Below the pieces are notes generated by a model. It was not told the DNA's origin and did not search any database. It saw nothing but the letters and a program-made list of their open reading frames with translations. DNA of 64,000 bases from a virus, in IMG/VR virus record IMGVR_UViG_3300037851_000757, positions 714-64,713 of that record; one strand, 5' to 3'. Positions 42,587 to 52,379 of the stretch are shown piece by piece. The translations under genes and the position numbers were made by a program. Numbering within the stretch: the first letter of the stretch is position 1; every line of letters starts with the position of its first letter.

Positions 42587-43129
42587 TTAAAAATTTTCTC
42601 CATATAAATATCCGCCTTCTTCCATTTCAAAATGAGCTGCTTCTGCTTCTGATAAAAGCTGATAAAAATAATCATTTTCAAGAGTTGGATAATAGTTACT
42701 CTGTCCTGGTACTGGTGTTATAGTATTATAATCAAGACTTCCATAGCATCCACCAACTTGATATGAAATAAGAGTAGCAAGATACTCAAATTCTATATCA
42801 TACCAGCAAAGATCTCTGATCTCGAGAATCTCAATTACAGGATTTATAATAAAGCCGGTAAGAGCAACCCCATAGCTTTCTGAAAGGGTCACAGAAAGAC
42901 CAATAGACGCTCTATATAGTGCTTCAAAATCATTTACTTGGGCTTCCTTTAATCCTGTAAAAGAATATTGTCTTTTCTCTATAACCGGCCAAAGAGGATC
43001 TTTAAAAATCTTAGGGAGTCCACCTTTTAGATTTCGGACAACTGCTCCTGACTCAAATCGAAGAATATCCCCTAAATCTGCACTTACAAGAGAAACACTG
43101 TAAGTACTATATGTTAGGCTAATTGGCAA
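42587..43129 (-). CDS. Distal tail-like protein
   Basis: Directly follows the tape measure; GGAGG precedes TTG 43129 (track start 43213). Confidence 0.55.
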   Translation of the reverse strand: MPISLTYSTYSVSLVSADLGDILRFESGAVVRNLKGGLPKIFKDPLWPVIEKRQYSFTGLKEAQVNDFEALYRASIGLSVTLSESYGVALTGFIINPVIEILEIRDLCWYDIEFEYLATLISYQVGGCYGSLDYNTITPVPGQSNYYPTLENDYFYQLLSEAEAAHFEMEEGGYLYGENF

Positions 43130-46100
43130 AGGAAAGCCTCCCAAGTCTAATTTGTTTTTTGATGCTTTTGCCAAGTCTAAGGACATTAACTTCTGGAGAA
43201 GATGAAACTCCATTAAAGTTCATGTCCCCAAAATTATAAGTTGTACTGCCAGAGTTAAATCGCCTGACTCCAGAGTTCATTGCAACAAGCTGACTATAGA
43301 ATTTTCTTGAAGCTGCTGGATTCATGACCATTTCATCAGGAGATAACCAAGCCAACTGGGTGTCAATTCCTGCACTTCTACCACTGGCATACCGAGGATT
43401 TCCTTTTGAATCCATAGTAATAGAGGGAGAGGTAATCAGATTTGATAAGATTCCTCTAACTTCACCAATAGCAGTTCTGGCACTTTCAACATATCTCAAC
43501 CAAATTTGTCGGTTTCCTTCAATTTCTTCAATTTGCCGATTCCGGACATCAATCAAAACCTGTTGCTGAGCAGCTAAAGAAGCATCTTTAAGACGAAGGT
43601 TAACAAGACTCTCTATCTGGAGTTTTTCAAAAGCTATTTGAGCGTCTTTATAAAATTGTGTTCCATATTTTTTGCTATACTCCTCCATTTTCTTAAAAGC
43701 TGTACTTTGAGCCTCTGTGACTTTTTGGAGTTCTTCTGGAGAAGTAATTTTAGTTAAATCTGTCCAAGAAGCTTTTGTTACAATATTTGACAAATCTTTA
43801 ATGATAGAAAGTTCATCTTCTAAATATTGCTGCCTCTGCTTTTCAGTAGTAAGACGAGAAGCTGCCACTCCCTGCATCATTCGATCATATCTGGCAATTT
43901 CTTCAAGATAGTATCTATAATACCCTTCACCACTTTTAATTGGCGACCATTTTTTTGCGTCAATTAATTGATCTGAGAAATCAATTTGTTCTTTAACAAG
44001 CTTTTTTAATTCAGCAGAGATTGCTTCAAAGCGTTCTTTATTAGTCGCTTTTGCAGCTTTTGCAAGTTCTTCTTCAAGAAGCCCAACCTGTGCAGCAGTT
44101 GCTTGATATTTTGAAAATAGATCTGGTTCCTTTCGATCATAGCGATCTTTACCAGAGAGACGGCGCTCCATAATATAATTGGTAGCTTCCATCTCTTTAT
44201 TAAAATCTTTTTGTTTCTTTTTTGCAATATCTTCAAGGCGATTAATTTCTTCTCGAACAGTAGATAAACGATCTCGAATAGAATCAATAATCTTTTCTTC
44301 AAATCTTGTTACGGACCCAAGAAAATCTTCATAAGGCTCTTTTTGAAGATTGATCATTTGGGTAAGAAGCCCACGCTCTTCTGCCAAAGATTGCAATTGT
44401 TTTTTTGAAGCATCTTCAACAGCCTTCACGCGGGCGTCATACGCCGTGTTTATATTGAGAAGCTCTCTATCAAGCCACTTTTTTTGGTTATCTGCTGTTG
44501 CTCTATCAATTTTATCAGCTTTTTCTTGCCCAAGTCTAATAATAAATCGAGAAATAAAAACACCTGTCCCAAGGGCAGCAAGTCCTGCTAAAATTGGATT
44601 TAATCCAGCAAGAGCAAAAGTTAAAGCTCCAACAGCAGGGACAGCTGTATAAAAAATAGTATCAGAAAAAGCTTTAACACCAGCAGTAATATTATCAAAA
44701 TTTGCACCAAGACCTGCAACAGTATCAATCATTCTTTTACCGACATCAACGGTAAAGAAATTCTTGATTCGCTCCATCACTACTGCAAGTTGTTTTTCAG
44801 GTTTTTCTGTGATTAGTTTTATTTGATCATTATATGTTTTAACAGCTTCGGTAATGTCTACATAATCTTGCTCAACTTCCTTAAGACTTTTACCAGTAAT
44901 GGACATGACACCTTGCATGGCTCGGAGTCTGCCCATTAATTTTCCTATTTCAGCTGTATCTTCTCCAAATCTATCAGAAAGCAGCGTTAAAAAAGGTAAA
45001 AATCCATATGTCTCAATGGCTGCTTGGCCAGTTTCAACACCAAGTTCTTTAAACCATTTTGACATTTCCTCTGTTGGTTTGATTAATTTAAGAAAAACGT
45101 TCCGAAGATACGTGGCAGTCGTATTATATTTGATACCTTGTCGAGAAGCAACTGTGATAAGAGACTGGAGTTCGTTTAATTTAACTCCTACTTGTGCAGC
45201 AGGAACAGCTAATTGACCAAAAGTCTGAGCCATTTCAGATGCTTTGACTCGACCAAGGTCAATAGTTGCAAAGAAAGAAGCCGCAATCTCATTTGCTCTT
45301 GATGTATCTAATTTAAAAGCGTTAATTGTGGCATCAAGAAGTTGGACAGCTTCAGTAGTAGTTGAGACAGAAGTTACTGCAAACTGATTTACTTCTTGTA
45401 GATACCGAAAAGTATCTGCACCTTCAACAATCTGATCTGAAATTGCTTCATAGCCTGCTGCAACTTGATCAAGAAGTGGACCTCCCCAAGTATCAGAAAG
45501 TTTCCTAAAACCATCTACCCATTGATTAACACCTAAAGGAAATTTTGAAGATATAGTCTGGACTTCACCTATTCTGATTCCAAGTTCTATAACAGTCCCC
45601 ATTCCTTCCCGAATGGTTCTTATTATAGAAGAAACAGCTTGGTGAATTAATTGAACGCCAATAAGTCTGGTAAAACTTTTCCAAGAAAGAGTAACTTCAT
45701 CAAGCGCGCCTTTTAATTTTTTTGTTGACTGTGTGGCTTGCCCCTGTTGAACAGCAACTTTGAAAAAAGCTGCTGCTTGTGCATCAATCTGTTTTGTAAA
45801 AGAAGCTCCAAGTTGTGCTTGAGTATTCTTAACTCTTAGCATGGCAGTTTGGATATCGCTCAAACCACCAACATAAGAACGAATACGATTTTTCCCAATA
45901 TCGTCCCACATCTTAGAGATTTGGGAATAAGCAATATCATGCTGTGCACGAAGTTCTCGAACAGAAGTAATAGCATTTTTGTAGCTAAGAATTTCTTCTG
46001 GGGTTGCCTGTCTTTTAGCAATTTCAGTTCGAGAAATACCTTTTTGAAGAAGTAATGATGTTGCAGAATCAGCCTTTCTTGAAAGTTGCTGTCTCCTTTT

Positions 46101-46787
46101 AAGGGCTGCTTCTTCTTGTGCCGCTGCTTTTGCTTCTTCAAGAGCACGAAGACGTTGTTTTTCCGCAACCTCAGCTTCTGCTTTTGCTTTTGCTAATTGT
46201 TTTCGTGATTCTGCACCAAGCCTCTCTTTTGCAATTAAAACATCTTCAAGGGCATTACGAACTTTTCGCAGAGCACCTGCGTAGGCTTGAGTTTCTCCTC
46301 GTCCAAGTTCTCCCCAAATTTTAGTAATATGTTCTCTTGCAACATTGTGCTGTGCAACGATTTCCCGTAAACGCCCAGCAGCGTTTTTATAGTCAACTTG
46401 CTCTCCACGAGTTGCGCCAAGTTGCCCAATGCCTGCTTGGGTTGTCCCTCGCTGGACAAGATCACCAGCATATCGAGCATTTGTTGAAGCGAGGTCAACT
46501 ATAGCCCTTCTTTGACGCTGAATAGAAGAAGTTGTAGAGTCAGTCTGAGAGGAAAGACGTTGTTGAGCAGAAATTATAGAATCAAAATTTTTAACAACTG
46601 TCCCAAGTGATTTTGCTAAATCAGAAACAGTTTTAGCTGTCTCTGCAAATTTTGTCAGAGTTTTATCAGCACTCTTATTTGTTTTTTCTTGAGCTTTTGC
46701 AACAGTTTCCCACTGTTTTACGAGCTTCTCAAGTTCTTTGAAGACTGCACTAAAATCAGCGGAGGCTTGAGCAGTATCGGTTGCCAT
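43119..46787 (-). CDS. Tape measure protein
   Basis: 1222 aa, Ala-rich helical, with a TP901-like core (AAGYEAISD...ATIDLGRV..SEMAQTFG), downstream of the tail chaperones. Confidence 0.92.
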   Translation of the reverse strand: MATDTAQASADFSAVFKELEKLVKQWETVAKAQEKTNKSADKTLTKFAETAKTVSDLAKSLGTVVKNFDSIISAQQRLSSQTDSTTSSIQRQRRAIVDLASTNARYAGDLVQRGTTQAGIGQLGATRGEQVDYKNAAGRLREIVAQHNVAREHITKIWGELGRGETQAYAGALRKVRNALEDVLIAKERLGAESRKQLAKAKAEAEVAEKQRLRALEEAKAAAQEEAALKRRQQLSRKADSATSLLLQKGISRTEIAKRQATPEEILSYKNAITSVRELRAQHDIAYSQISKMWDDIGKNRIRSYVGGLSDIQTAMLRVKNTQAQLGASFTKQIDAQAAAFFKVAVQQGQATQSTKKLKGALDEVTLSWKSFTRLIGVQLIHQAVSSIIRTIREGMGTVIELGIRIGEVQTISSKFPLGVNQWVDGFRKLSDTWGGPLLDQVAAGYEAISDQIVEGADTFRYLQEVNQFAVTSVSTTTEAVQLLDATINAFKLDTSRANEIAASFFATIDLGRVKASEMAQTFGQLAVPAAQVGVKLNELQSLITVASRQGIKYNTTATYLRNVFLKLIKPTEEMSKWFKELGVETGQAAIETYGFLPFLTLLSDRFGEDTAEIGKLMGRLRAMQGVMSITGKSLKEVEQDYVDITEAVKTYNDQIKLITEKPEKQLAVVMERIKNFFTVDVGKRMIDTVAGLGANFDNITAGVKAFSDTIFYTAVPAVGALTFALAGLNPILAGLAALGTGVFISRFIIRLGQEKADKIDRATADNQKKWLDRELLNINTAYDARVKAVEDASKKQLQSLAEERGLLTQMINLQKEPYEDFLGSVTRFEEKIIDSIRDRLSTVREEINRLEDIAKKKQKDFNKEMEATNYIMERRLSGKDRYDRKEPDLFSKYQATAAQVGLLEEELAKAAKATNKERFEAISAELKKLVKEQIDFSDQLIDAKKWSPIKSGEGYYRYYLEEIARYDRMMQGVAASRLTTEKQRQQYLEDELSIIKDLSNIVTKASWTDLTKITSPEELQKVTEAQSTAFKKMEEYSKKYGTQFYKDAQIAFEKLQIESLVNLRLKDASLAAQQQVLIDVRNRQIEEIEGNRQIWLRYVESARTAIGEVRGILSNLITSPSITMDSKGNPRYASGRSAGIDTQLAWLSPDEMVMNPAASRKFYSQLVAMNSGVRRFNSGSTTYNFGDMNFNGVSSSPEVNVLRLGKSIKKQIRLGRLSFAN

Positions 46788-47323
46788 TAGTAATTTACCT
46801 TTGATCTAAATTTAAAGGGAAAATGACTTGCGTCTGGCAGATACTTTTCATAGTTATTCTCAATAAAGATTTCAGCATCTATCATAGCTTCATTTAAGCT
46901 CTGCCACTGTGGCTCCCAATACCAATATTGCCAAACTTTTATTTGAAACCGAAAAGACATTGTTGGGCGGTCTATTGACCCATAATTAAATTTAAAAGCA
47001 TTTAGCCCTGCTTTAACGCCTTCCGGGATTCCTTTTATTTTTTTCGGATAATATCTTCCACTTATAGCAGTTACTCCACGCCTAACTCTTTTAGGGGCAA
47101 CATAAGGAAGAATACTTGTTTTTGCTACTTTAGCCATTGGCTCAAGAGATGCTGCCGACATTCCCGTATCTACCGCTACATTAGTTACAGCAGATTTTAC
47201 AAAGACGCCCGCAGCATCTCGCATGAGCCGCTTCATCGCTTCATAGTACTTCCTTTTCCATTCAGCAAAAGCACTTTTGATTGCTGAAATCTCGACTCTA
47301 CCGTATGTCAGTTTCAGTACCAC
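46787..47323 (-). CDS. Neck/tail-completion-like virion protein
   Basis: VAVDTGMSAASL resembles HK97 gp10-like PVDTG..R.S. Confidence 0.5.
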   Translation of the reverse strand: MVLKLTYGRVEISAIKSAFAEWKRKYYEAMKRLMRDAAGVFVKSAVTNVAVDTGMSAASLEPMAKVAKTSILPYVAPKRVRRGVTAISGRYYPKKIKGIPEGVKAGLNAFKFNYGSIDRPTMSFRFQIKVWQYWYWEPQWQSLNEAMIDAEIFIENNYEKYLPDASHFPFKFRSKVNY

Positions 47324-47953
47324 TTTCCTCTATCATCCTTAGATGATTATAACCAATTAAAGATGCTTGAGTCCAGATATCGCAATCATCCCACACTGAT
47401 TTTACTCCAGAAGGTTGAATCCCAAATCTTTCACAAGCTCTCCAAATTGCATACCGCTCGCTACGAAATTTAGGGATTATGCTTTGTCTTTCTCCTCCTG
47501 GAGACCAGCTAAAAAACTATCTGTTGCAGCCTTTACCTTTTCATCATCCAATCCTTGGACTTCAATATAGGCTCGCATCAGACGAAGGCGTTCTGCATCT
47601 GTTAGCCCAGACGAAACAAGTTCACTTTCAACATTCCCCCAGGTTTCAGGATTTGCAAGATCAATAGTTTCCCATTCAAGTCCAGGGGTTGAACTTAAGG
47701 CTTTTATTAACATCCAATTAGACTTGTGCTCTCCCCATTTTTGAAGACTTTTTCTATAATCAGGATCTTCAATCAAGTGGATTTTCTGTCCATCTGCCGT
47801 CTTTTTTACAGGTGGAATTGGAGCAGGATAAATTTTGTCAAATTCATTTGACTCTAAAACGGCCTGGATAACAAATACTAAGTTTCCAGTGTCACGCGGC
47901 AATACGATAGTTTTTTTTGGCGCTCCGGCCACTTTTATACCGTGCAATTTCAT
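47298..47953 (-). CDS. Tail assembly chaperone GT (-1 frameshift product)
   Basis: Slippery T TTT TTA at 47516-47510. The -1 frame reads SWSPGGERQSIIPKFRSERYAIWRACERFG...DIR to TAG at 47298. Confidence 0.8.
47477..47953 (-). CDS. Tail assembly chaperone G
   Basis: Lies between the major tail and tape measure genes and carries the slippery site near its end. Confidence 0.8.
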   Translation of the reverse strand: MKLHGIKVAGAPKKTIVLPRDTGNLVFVIQAVLESNEFDKIYPAPIPPVKKTADGQKIHLIEDPDYRKSLQKWGEHKSNWMLIKALSSTPGLEWETIDLANPETWGNVESELVSSGLTDAERLRLMRAYIEVQGLDDEKVKAATDSFLAGLQEEKDKA

Positions 47954-47972
47954 AATACCTCTTTTTTAGAGT

Positions 47973-48002
47973 GACTGGCGGACCAGCTTTGATCCGCCAG
48001 TC
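47973..48002. terminator. Hairpin after the major tail gene
   Basis: GACTGGCGGA-10 nt-TCCGCCAGTC; no U-tract on the coding strand. Confidence 0.5.
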
Positions 48003-48008
48003 TCAGAA

Positions 48009-48503
48009 TTAAGTTGATTGAGGAGTCCGAACTGAAGATGCCTGAGTAGCGTTACATTTGCCAGAACAGCTAATCGAGGCTCCCCGAAGATCGTGTTCAA
48101 GAGATTCCCATCGAAAATCAGGAAAAGTAATTACTTCTTGGTCCCCACAGGTTGATGGAGTAGGAAGATATTCAAGCTCCAGGTCTACAGCATACGGGCG
48201 ACAGGCATCAGAATCAGTTGAAATCCAACCAATTCGAGACGCCCCTTTGAGTGCTTCTTCGACACTTGGAGCTGTGCTCGAAGACCCAAGAATGTATTCC
48301 CACATGAAGTCAAAACTGACCTCCATCGGGACTTCATCCCCCTGTTTGACATCACTGAGAACACCACGATCAAGAATGTATTCATTGTTTCTTTTCTCAG
48401 AGTAGGTTAGATTTCCTTCCCCGATCTTGACCGTGAGTGTTTTTGGGGTGCCAGTCCCGTCCTTAATTTTGAGAGTAGCCTTTTTCAAGTCTATGGCTGC
48501 CAT
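48009..48503 (-). CDS. Major tail (tube) protein
   Basis: Position, size, beta-rich composition; AGGAG SD. Confidence 0.75.
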   Translation of the reverse strand: MAAIDLKKATLKIKDGTGTPKTLTVKIGEGNLTYSEKRNNEYILDRGVLSDVKQGDEVPMEVSFDFMWEYILGSSSTAPSVEEALKGASRIGWISTDSDACRPYAVDLELEYLPTPSTCGDQEVITFPDFRWESLEHDLRGASISCSGKCNATQASSVRTPQST

Positions 48504-48521
48504 CTTGTGATCATCTCCTTG

Positions 48522-48980
48522 TTAGAGGTCTAATTTGTAATGACCTTCAACAGTAGCTTGCTGAAGGGCTTTGTCCTGAGCAATTACACCAAAATGACTA
48601 ATAACTAAAAGCTGTCGATCCCGTTTGTTTTGTAGAAGCTCAGCACACGTCAGGAGAGACTGATCATCTGATGGTCCTGACCCATATTTAAAAATTTGTA
48701 AAGGGGAATAAAACTTAGCTGCTATAGCTCCAGCCATTGTGTGAATTTTATGAAGATTTGAAAAATCAACAACAGACTGAAGTAAAACATTAACCTCAAT
48801 CAAAGCTTCCCAAGTTGCTTTGTCGAGTTGTGAAAAATAAGGACCATCCATACGAACTTCAATAAAATCTTTATCCTCCCAAGTTGTCCGAGGTTCTCCT
48901 TCAATAAAAGTTTTATAGCCGGTTGATGCAAAATGTTCTGTTACAGAAGCATAAATCCAGCGAGGCCAATTAGAATTCAT
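48522..48980 (-). CDS. Tail terminator-like protein
   Basis: Position just upstream of the major tail gene. Confidence 0.6.
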   Translation of the reverse strand: MNSNWPRWIYASVTEHFASTGYKTFIEGEPRTTWEDKDFIEVRMDGPYFSQLDKATWEALIEVNVLLQSVVDFSNLHKIHTMAGAIAAKFYSPLQIFKYGSGPSDDQSLLTCAELLQNKRDRQLLVISHFGVIAQDKALQQATVEGHYKLDL

Positions 48981-49404
48981 TGGAGTTCTCCGAATTTGTA
49001 AGAGTCGTCATAGTTATTAAATATCCGAGGCCATTAACAATTGCTTCAGCTGATTTAACAAGATACACAACTGTGTCTATCAAAACTTGAGTACTTTCTT
49101 TTATTTCAAATTCTTTTGGTACATCAGCCCCATCAATAATAACGACCCTTGTATCCGCCCCAAAGAACCCGCCATAAGTAAAATTCTTATTAGCAGCAAT
49201 AAAAGACAGGTCATAGACGAATGAAGGCTTTAGATGAGTTGGTAACAAAATCGCCCTCATTACTGAAATTGTGTGATAAGTCTTGAACACTTTTCCAGTT
49301 TTTCTATCAACATTAGACTCGACAATGTTCCTTAGTCTGATTGACGAAGGATAGTCTTTTTTCAGTTGATATAAAACGTTTTTGACCTGTCTTAGATTGT
49401 CCAT
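48970..49404 (-). CDS. Head closure-like protein
   Basis: Position after the capsid gene; beta-rich; GAGG SD. Confidence 0.55.
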   Translation of the reverse strand: MDNLRQVKNVLYQLKKDYPSSIRLRNIVESNVDRKTGKVFKTYHTISVMRAILLPTHLKPSFVYDLSFIAANKNFTYGGFFGADTRVVIIDGADVPKEFEIKESTQVLIDTVVYLVKSAEAIVNGLGYLITMTTLTNSENSNEF

Positions 49405-49424
49405 GTACCTCTTACCTCATTTCG

Positions 49425-50828
49425 CTATGACAGCAGCGCAATTCCGAGATTGGTGTCGAGGACTTTGATTCCGCAAAGCATATCAACAGTCACTCGATGA
49501 CCTTGTTTCACACCGTCATAGGTAATAACGACACGAATAGCCAGATCATTGAACTTGGCCACAAAAGACTGTGCGCCTTGGGTGATCGGCTCCGGAAGTG
49601 GACGAGAAACAAATGCCATTGCGTTGGGATGCAGGCAAAGGCCATAATTTCCGGAAGGACCGATGCCGACCATGCCGTTATCTGCCTTGAGTGCATCCAA
49701 CGGAACATCAAGCAGAAGTTCGGTAGTGCTTGCCTGGAGTGCAGAATACTGATCCACATTCCAGTTTGCATGAGAACCAGAAATGATTGGACCAACCGAA
49801 ATAAGCTGGCCAGCCTGCGGCGCTACCGAGAAACCATCAACAGTAATGGGCTTCAGCCATCCTGCGGCATAACCTGCACCCAAATTGATGGCCCCAGGAA
49901 CATAAATGGTGACTGCTGCGGTTGAAGCGCAAGCATACTTGAGACCCGGAGAAATGGTGATGGTTTCTCCAGATGCATCAATATTTACGATCTTCTGCGG
50001 AGTCATGTCACCAGCAACAGTCAGCCAGCCGCCTTTGTGTGCGTCATGCTCAGTCGTGAAAGCAGTTACGTTCAGGACGGTGGAGCCAACCGCTTCATTT
50101 GCCGTCAATGCTGTGGCATAAGTGGTATTGCCCGGAGCGATTGAAGGAGCATTTTGGGCCATAACCCAATTGGTTCCAAGCAGAAGGCCAAGAGAGCCAG
50201 TTCGGACAGCCGTTCCGTTGTCACCGATTTTCTCAGCAGAAGAAAATTCGGCGACCATCGAAAGATCACCTTTCTGCTGAGGAGTGAGTAGGCCATAGCG
50301 AGCACCAGGCGGGACATGAAGTGTATTGAACTTGGTCTCGACATCAACGACAGCCTGCTTACTAAGAGGGGTTCCAAGTTTCCCAACAGAATTGCCAAGG
50401 AATTTGTAGACCTGAGAAAGAATCATCAAATCAACACCCTGGACGATGCTGGACAGAGCCGGAATCAGGTACATCTCGCGCAGCCGTTTGAAAGAAAGAG
50501 CTTCTTCACCGTCTCGAATAATGAAGCTGGTGTAGAGATGCTGATTCAAGGCCACAGGAACATTTTCAGCCGTGGCATCCTGAGATACAACATCATCATT
50601 GTGCCATTTGCGCTTCATGCTGAACTTGCCAGGACGATGAGCATTCACGATGTCGCCGGCTTGCGCAATCTCATCCTCGAAATCGCGATAGACAAAATTC
50701 AACCCGACGGCCTGTGCTTCAAGAACCATAAGAGCTTCTTGCGCCCAGACTTCCGGAATGAGTGCATCGATGTTGTTGTCAAAAACTGGCGTCCAAATCT
50801 TGTAAAAGGTTGTCTTCATGATTTGCAA
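49425..50828 (-). CDS. Major capsid protein (P22 coat-like, with an inserted domain)
   Basis: IPEVWAQEAL, RDFE....GD.V, DMLCGIKVLD C-terminus; follows the scaffold gene; GC-richer codons. Confidence 0.88.
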   Translation of the reverse strand: MQIMKTTFYKIWTPVFDNNIDALIPEVWAQEALMVLEAQAVGLNFVYRDFEDEIAQAGDIVNAHRPGKFSMKRKWHNDDVVSQDATAENVPVALNQHLYTSFIIRDGEEALSFKRLREMYLIPALSSIVQGVDLMILSQVYKFLGNSVGKLGTPLSKQAVVDVETKFNTLHVPPGARYGLLTPQQKGDLSMVAEFSSAEKIGDNGTAVRTGSLGLLLGTNWVMAQNAPSIAPGNTTYATALTANEAVGSTVLNVTAFTTEHDAHKGGWLTVAGDMTPQKIVNIDASGETITISPGLKYACASTAAVTIYVPGAINLGAGYAAGWLKPITVDGFSVAPQAGQLISVGPIISGSHANWNVDQYSALQASTTELLLDVPLDALKADNGMVGIGPSGNYGLCLHPNAMAFVSRPLPEPITQGAQSFVAKFNDLAIRVVITYDGVKQGHRVTVDMLCGIKVLDTNLGIALLS

Positions 50829-50838
50829 AATCCTTTCG

Positions 50839-51693
50839 CTATTTGATTAGTCCTTCTTTTCTGGCTTTTCGATAAGCCTCAGGATCTCTCGCCAATGTTC
50901 TTGTGTCGAGATCCTTTCCTTTGACTGTGCGGTACCGCCCAAAGCCAGGATTTCCTTCTGCTGAAAATAGATTTAGATGTTCTTCCATCTCAGACATTCT
51001 TTTGATGGCATCTCCGGGGTTGAGATCAAGGACGATAGGTTTTCCGTTTTTGTCCTTGTCAGCAAAAGAAACCTTTGAAACATACTTGCCTGTGGGTTTC
51101 CCATCTTCTCCAAGTTCCTCGACTAATCGAGTATGAGGCCGCAATAAGGTCAAAATCTGATTTGGATTTACTGCTTTTGGAGACGATCCAGAAGCGGCCG
51201 AAAGAATAGATGTTTCTATTGTTGATTCTGTGTAGCGTTTTTTCCAAGTATCACGATCCATGCTAACAGCATCAATTTCTTTTTTATGATTCTTTAAAAG
51301 TTTTTCTCTCTCCTGAGCAGCCGTTTCTTCTTTTGTTTTCAATGTTGCCTGTGTAGCTTGAATACGCTGTTCCAATTCTTCTCGTTCTTCGCTTGAAAGA
51401 GTCGCTTTTGTTTTCAAAGATTCAAGTTCATCAAGAGTCCGTTGAAGTAGAGTTTGATGTTTTCTACGATCCTCAGCCAGAATAGTGTTAACTCGTTCTT
51501 GGGTGTGAAGTTTGCCTGCTTTAACATCTAAATTCAATTTAGCAGCGGTAAGAAGTTTTGAAGTTTTCTTGTACTCAGGAGAATTTGCATCAGAAATCTT
51601 AGAGAGCTGTGTCTCTAAGTCTGTTACAAGAGCAGCATCTTCATCCCCGTCAAAGACGGTAATCCACAATTTTTTATAGAAAATCTGATTCAT
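50839..51693 (-). CDS. Capsid scaffolding protein
   Basis: Charged coiled coil immediately upstream of the capsid gene; ends DPEAYRKARKEGLIK. Confidence 0.75.
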   Translation of the reverse strand: MNQIFYKKLWITVFDGDEDAALVTDLETQLSKISDANSPEYKKTSKLLTAAKLNLDVKAGKLHTQERVNTILAEDRRKHQTLLQRTLDELESLKTKATLSSEEREELEQRIQATQATLKTKEETAAQEREKLLKNHKKEIDAVSMDRDTWKKRYTESTIETSILSAASGSSPKAVNPNQILTLLRPHTRLVEELGEDGKPTGKYVSKVSFADKDKNGKPIVLDLNPGDAIKRMSEMEEHLNLFSAEGNPGFGRYRTVKGKDLDTRTLARDPEAYRKARKEGLIK

Positions 51694-51704
51694 ATAATCT
51701 CTCC

Positions 51705-52379
51705 TTATGAAGCCCTACTAAGAATAACCCCTTGGGAAACATCTAAATACGGGCGAATTAATTTCCAAGCCAAATAGCTTGGTATCCCTGCCTGGATATG
51801 TTCCTGAGGGATGGATCGGTCGTAGGTTGACCGAACACTTGAGTATTGACTTGTTAAAAGGGATAAATTTTCAAATTCCATTTCTGGATTTCTTCCATCA
51901 AGTAGAGCAAGTGCTAATTCACAGACTGCATTCTTTAAATCTTGTGGGGTAACTGTAAAACTGATAATGGATAATCTCGAAATCAAACTTGTTGCCATAA
52001 TCAAAGCTTTATCTTTTTCTGTATCTAAAGCATTTTCCCAAGGTCGAATGAATAATCTTTCCCCAAAATAAGCATCTGCATCAAGACGATTAACCCAAGA
52101 TTTCCCACTGGTTACAAGTTCAGGACCATCTATAATGTTTGGGACATAAGTAAAGATTCCAGCATCATATTCAATTTTAAAGCAATAGTCATATTCAAGG
52201 TCATAAGCCGGATCTGTAAAAGTATATGAATATTCTAAAGCACTTATTTTAGTTACTGCTGTTGCTGGAGGAGCTACAAGAACCTGATTATCTGATCGTT
52301 TGATACCGTAAGTAGCATCCTGATTTGATAGAACGATAGTAATAGGTTCAGATATAGCAGTAAAATTAATCGTCGTCAT
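51705..52379 (-). CDS. Head-tail connector-like protein (DnaT-like C-terminal domain)
   Basis: SWVNRLDADAYF...EKDKALIMAT...PQDLKNAVCELALALL. Confidence 0.65.
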   Translation of the reverse strand: MTTINFTAISEPITIVLSNQDATYGIKRSDNQVLVAPPATAVTKISALEYSYTFTDPAYDLEYDYCFKIEYDAGIFTYVPNIIDGPELVTSGKSWVNRLDADAYFGERLFIRPWENALDTEKDKALIMATSLISRLSIISFTVTPQDLKNAVCELALALLDGRNPEMEFENLSLLTSQYSSVRSTYDRSIPQEHIQAGIPSYLAWKLIRPYLDVSQGVILSRAS

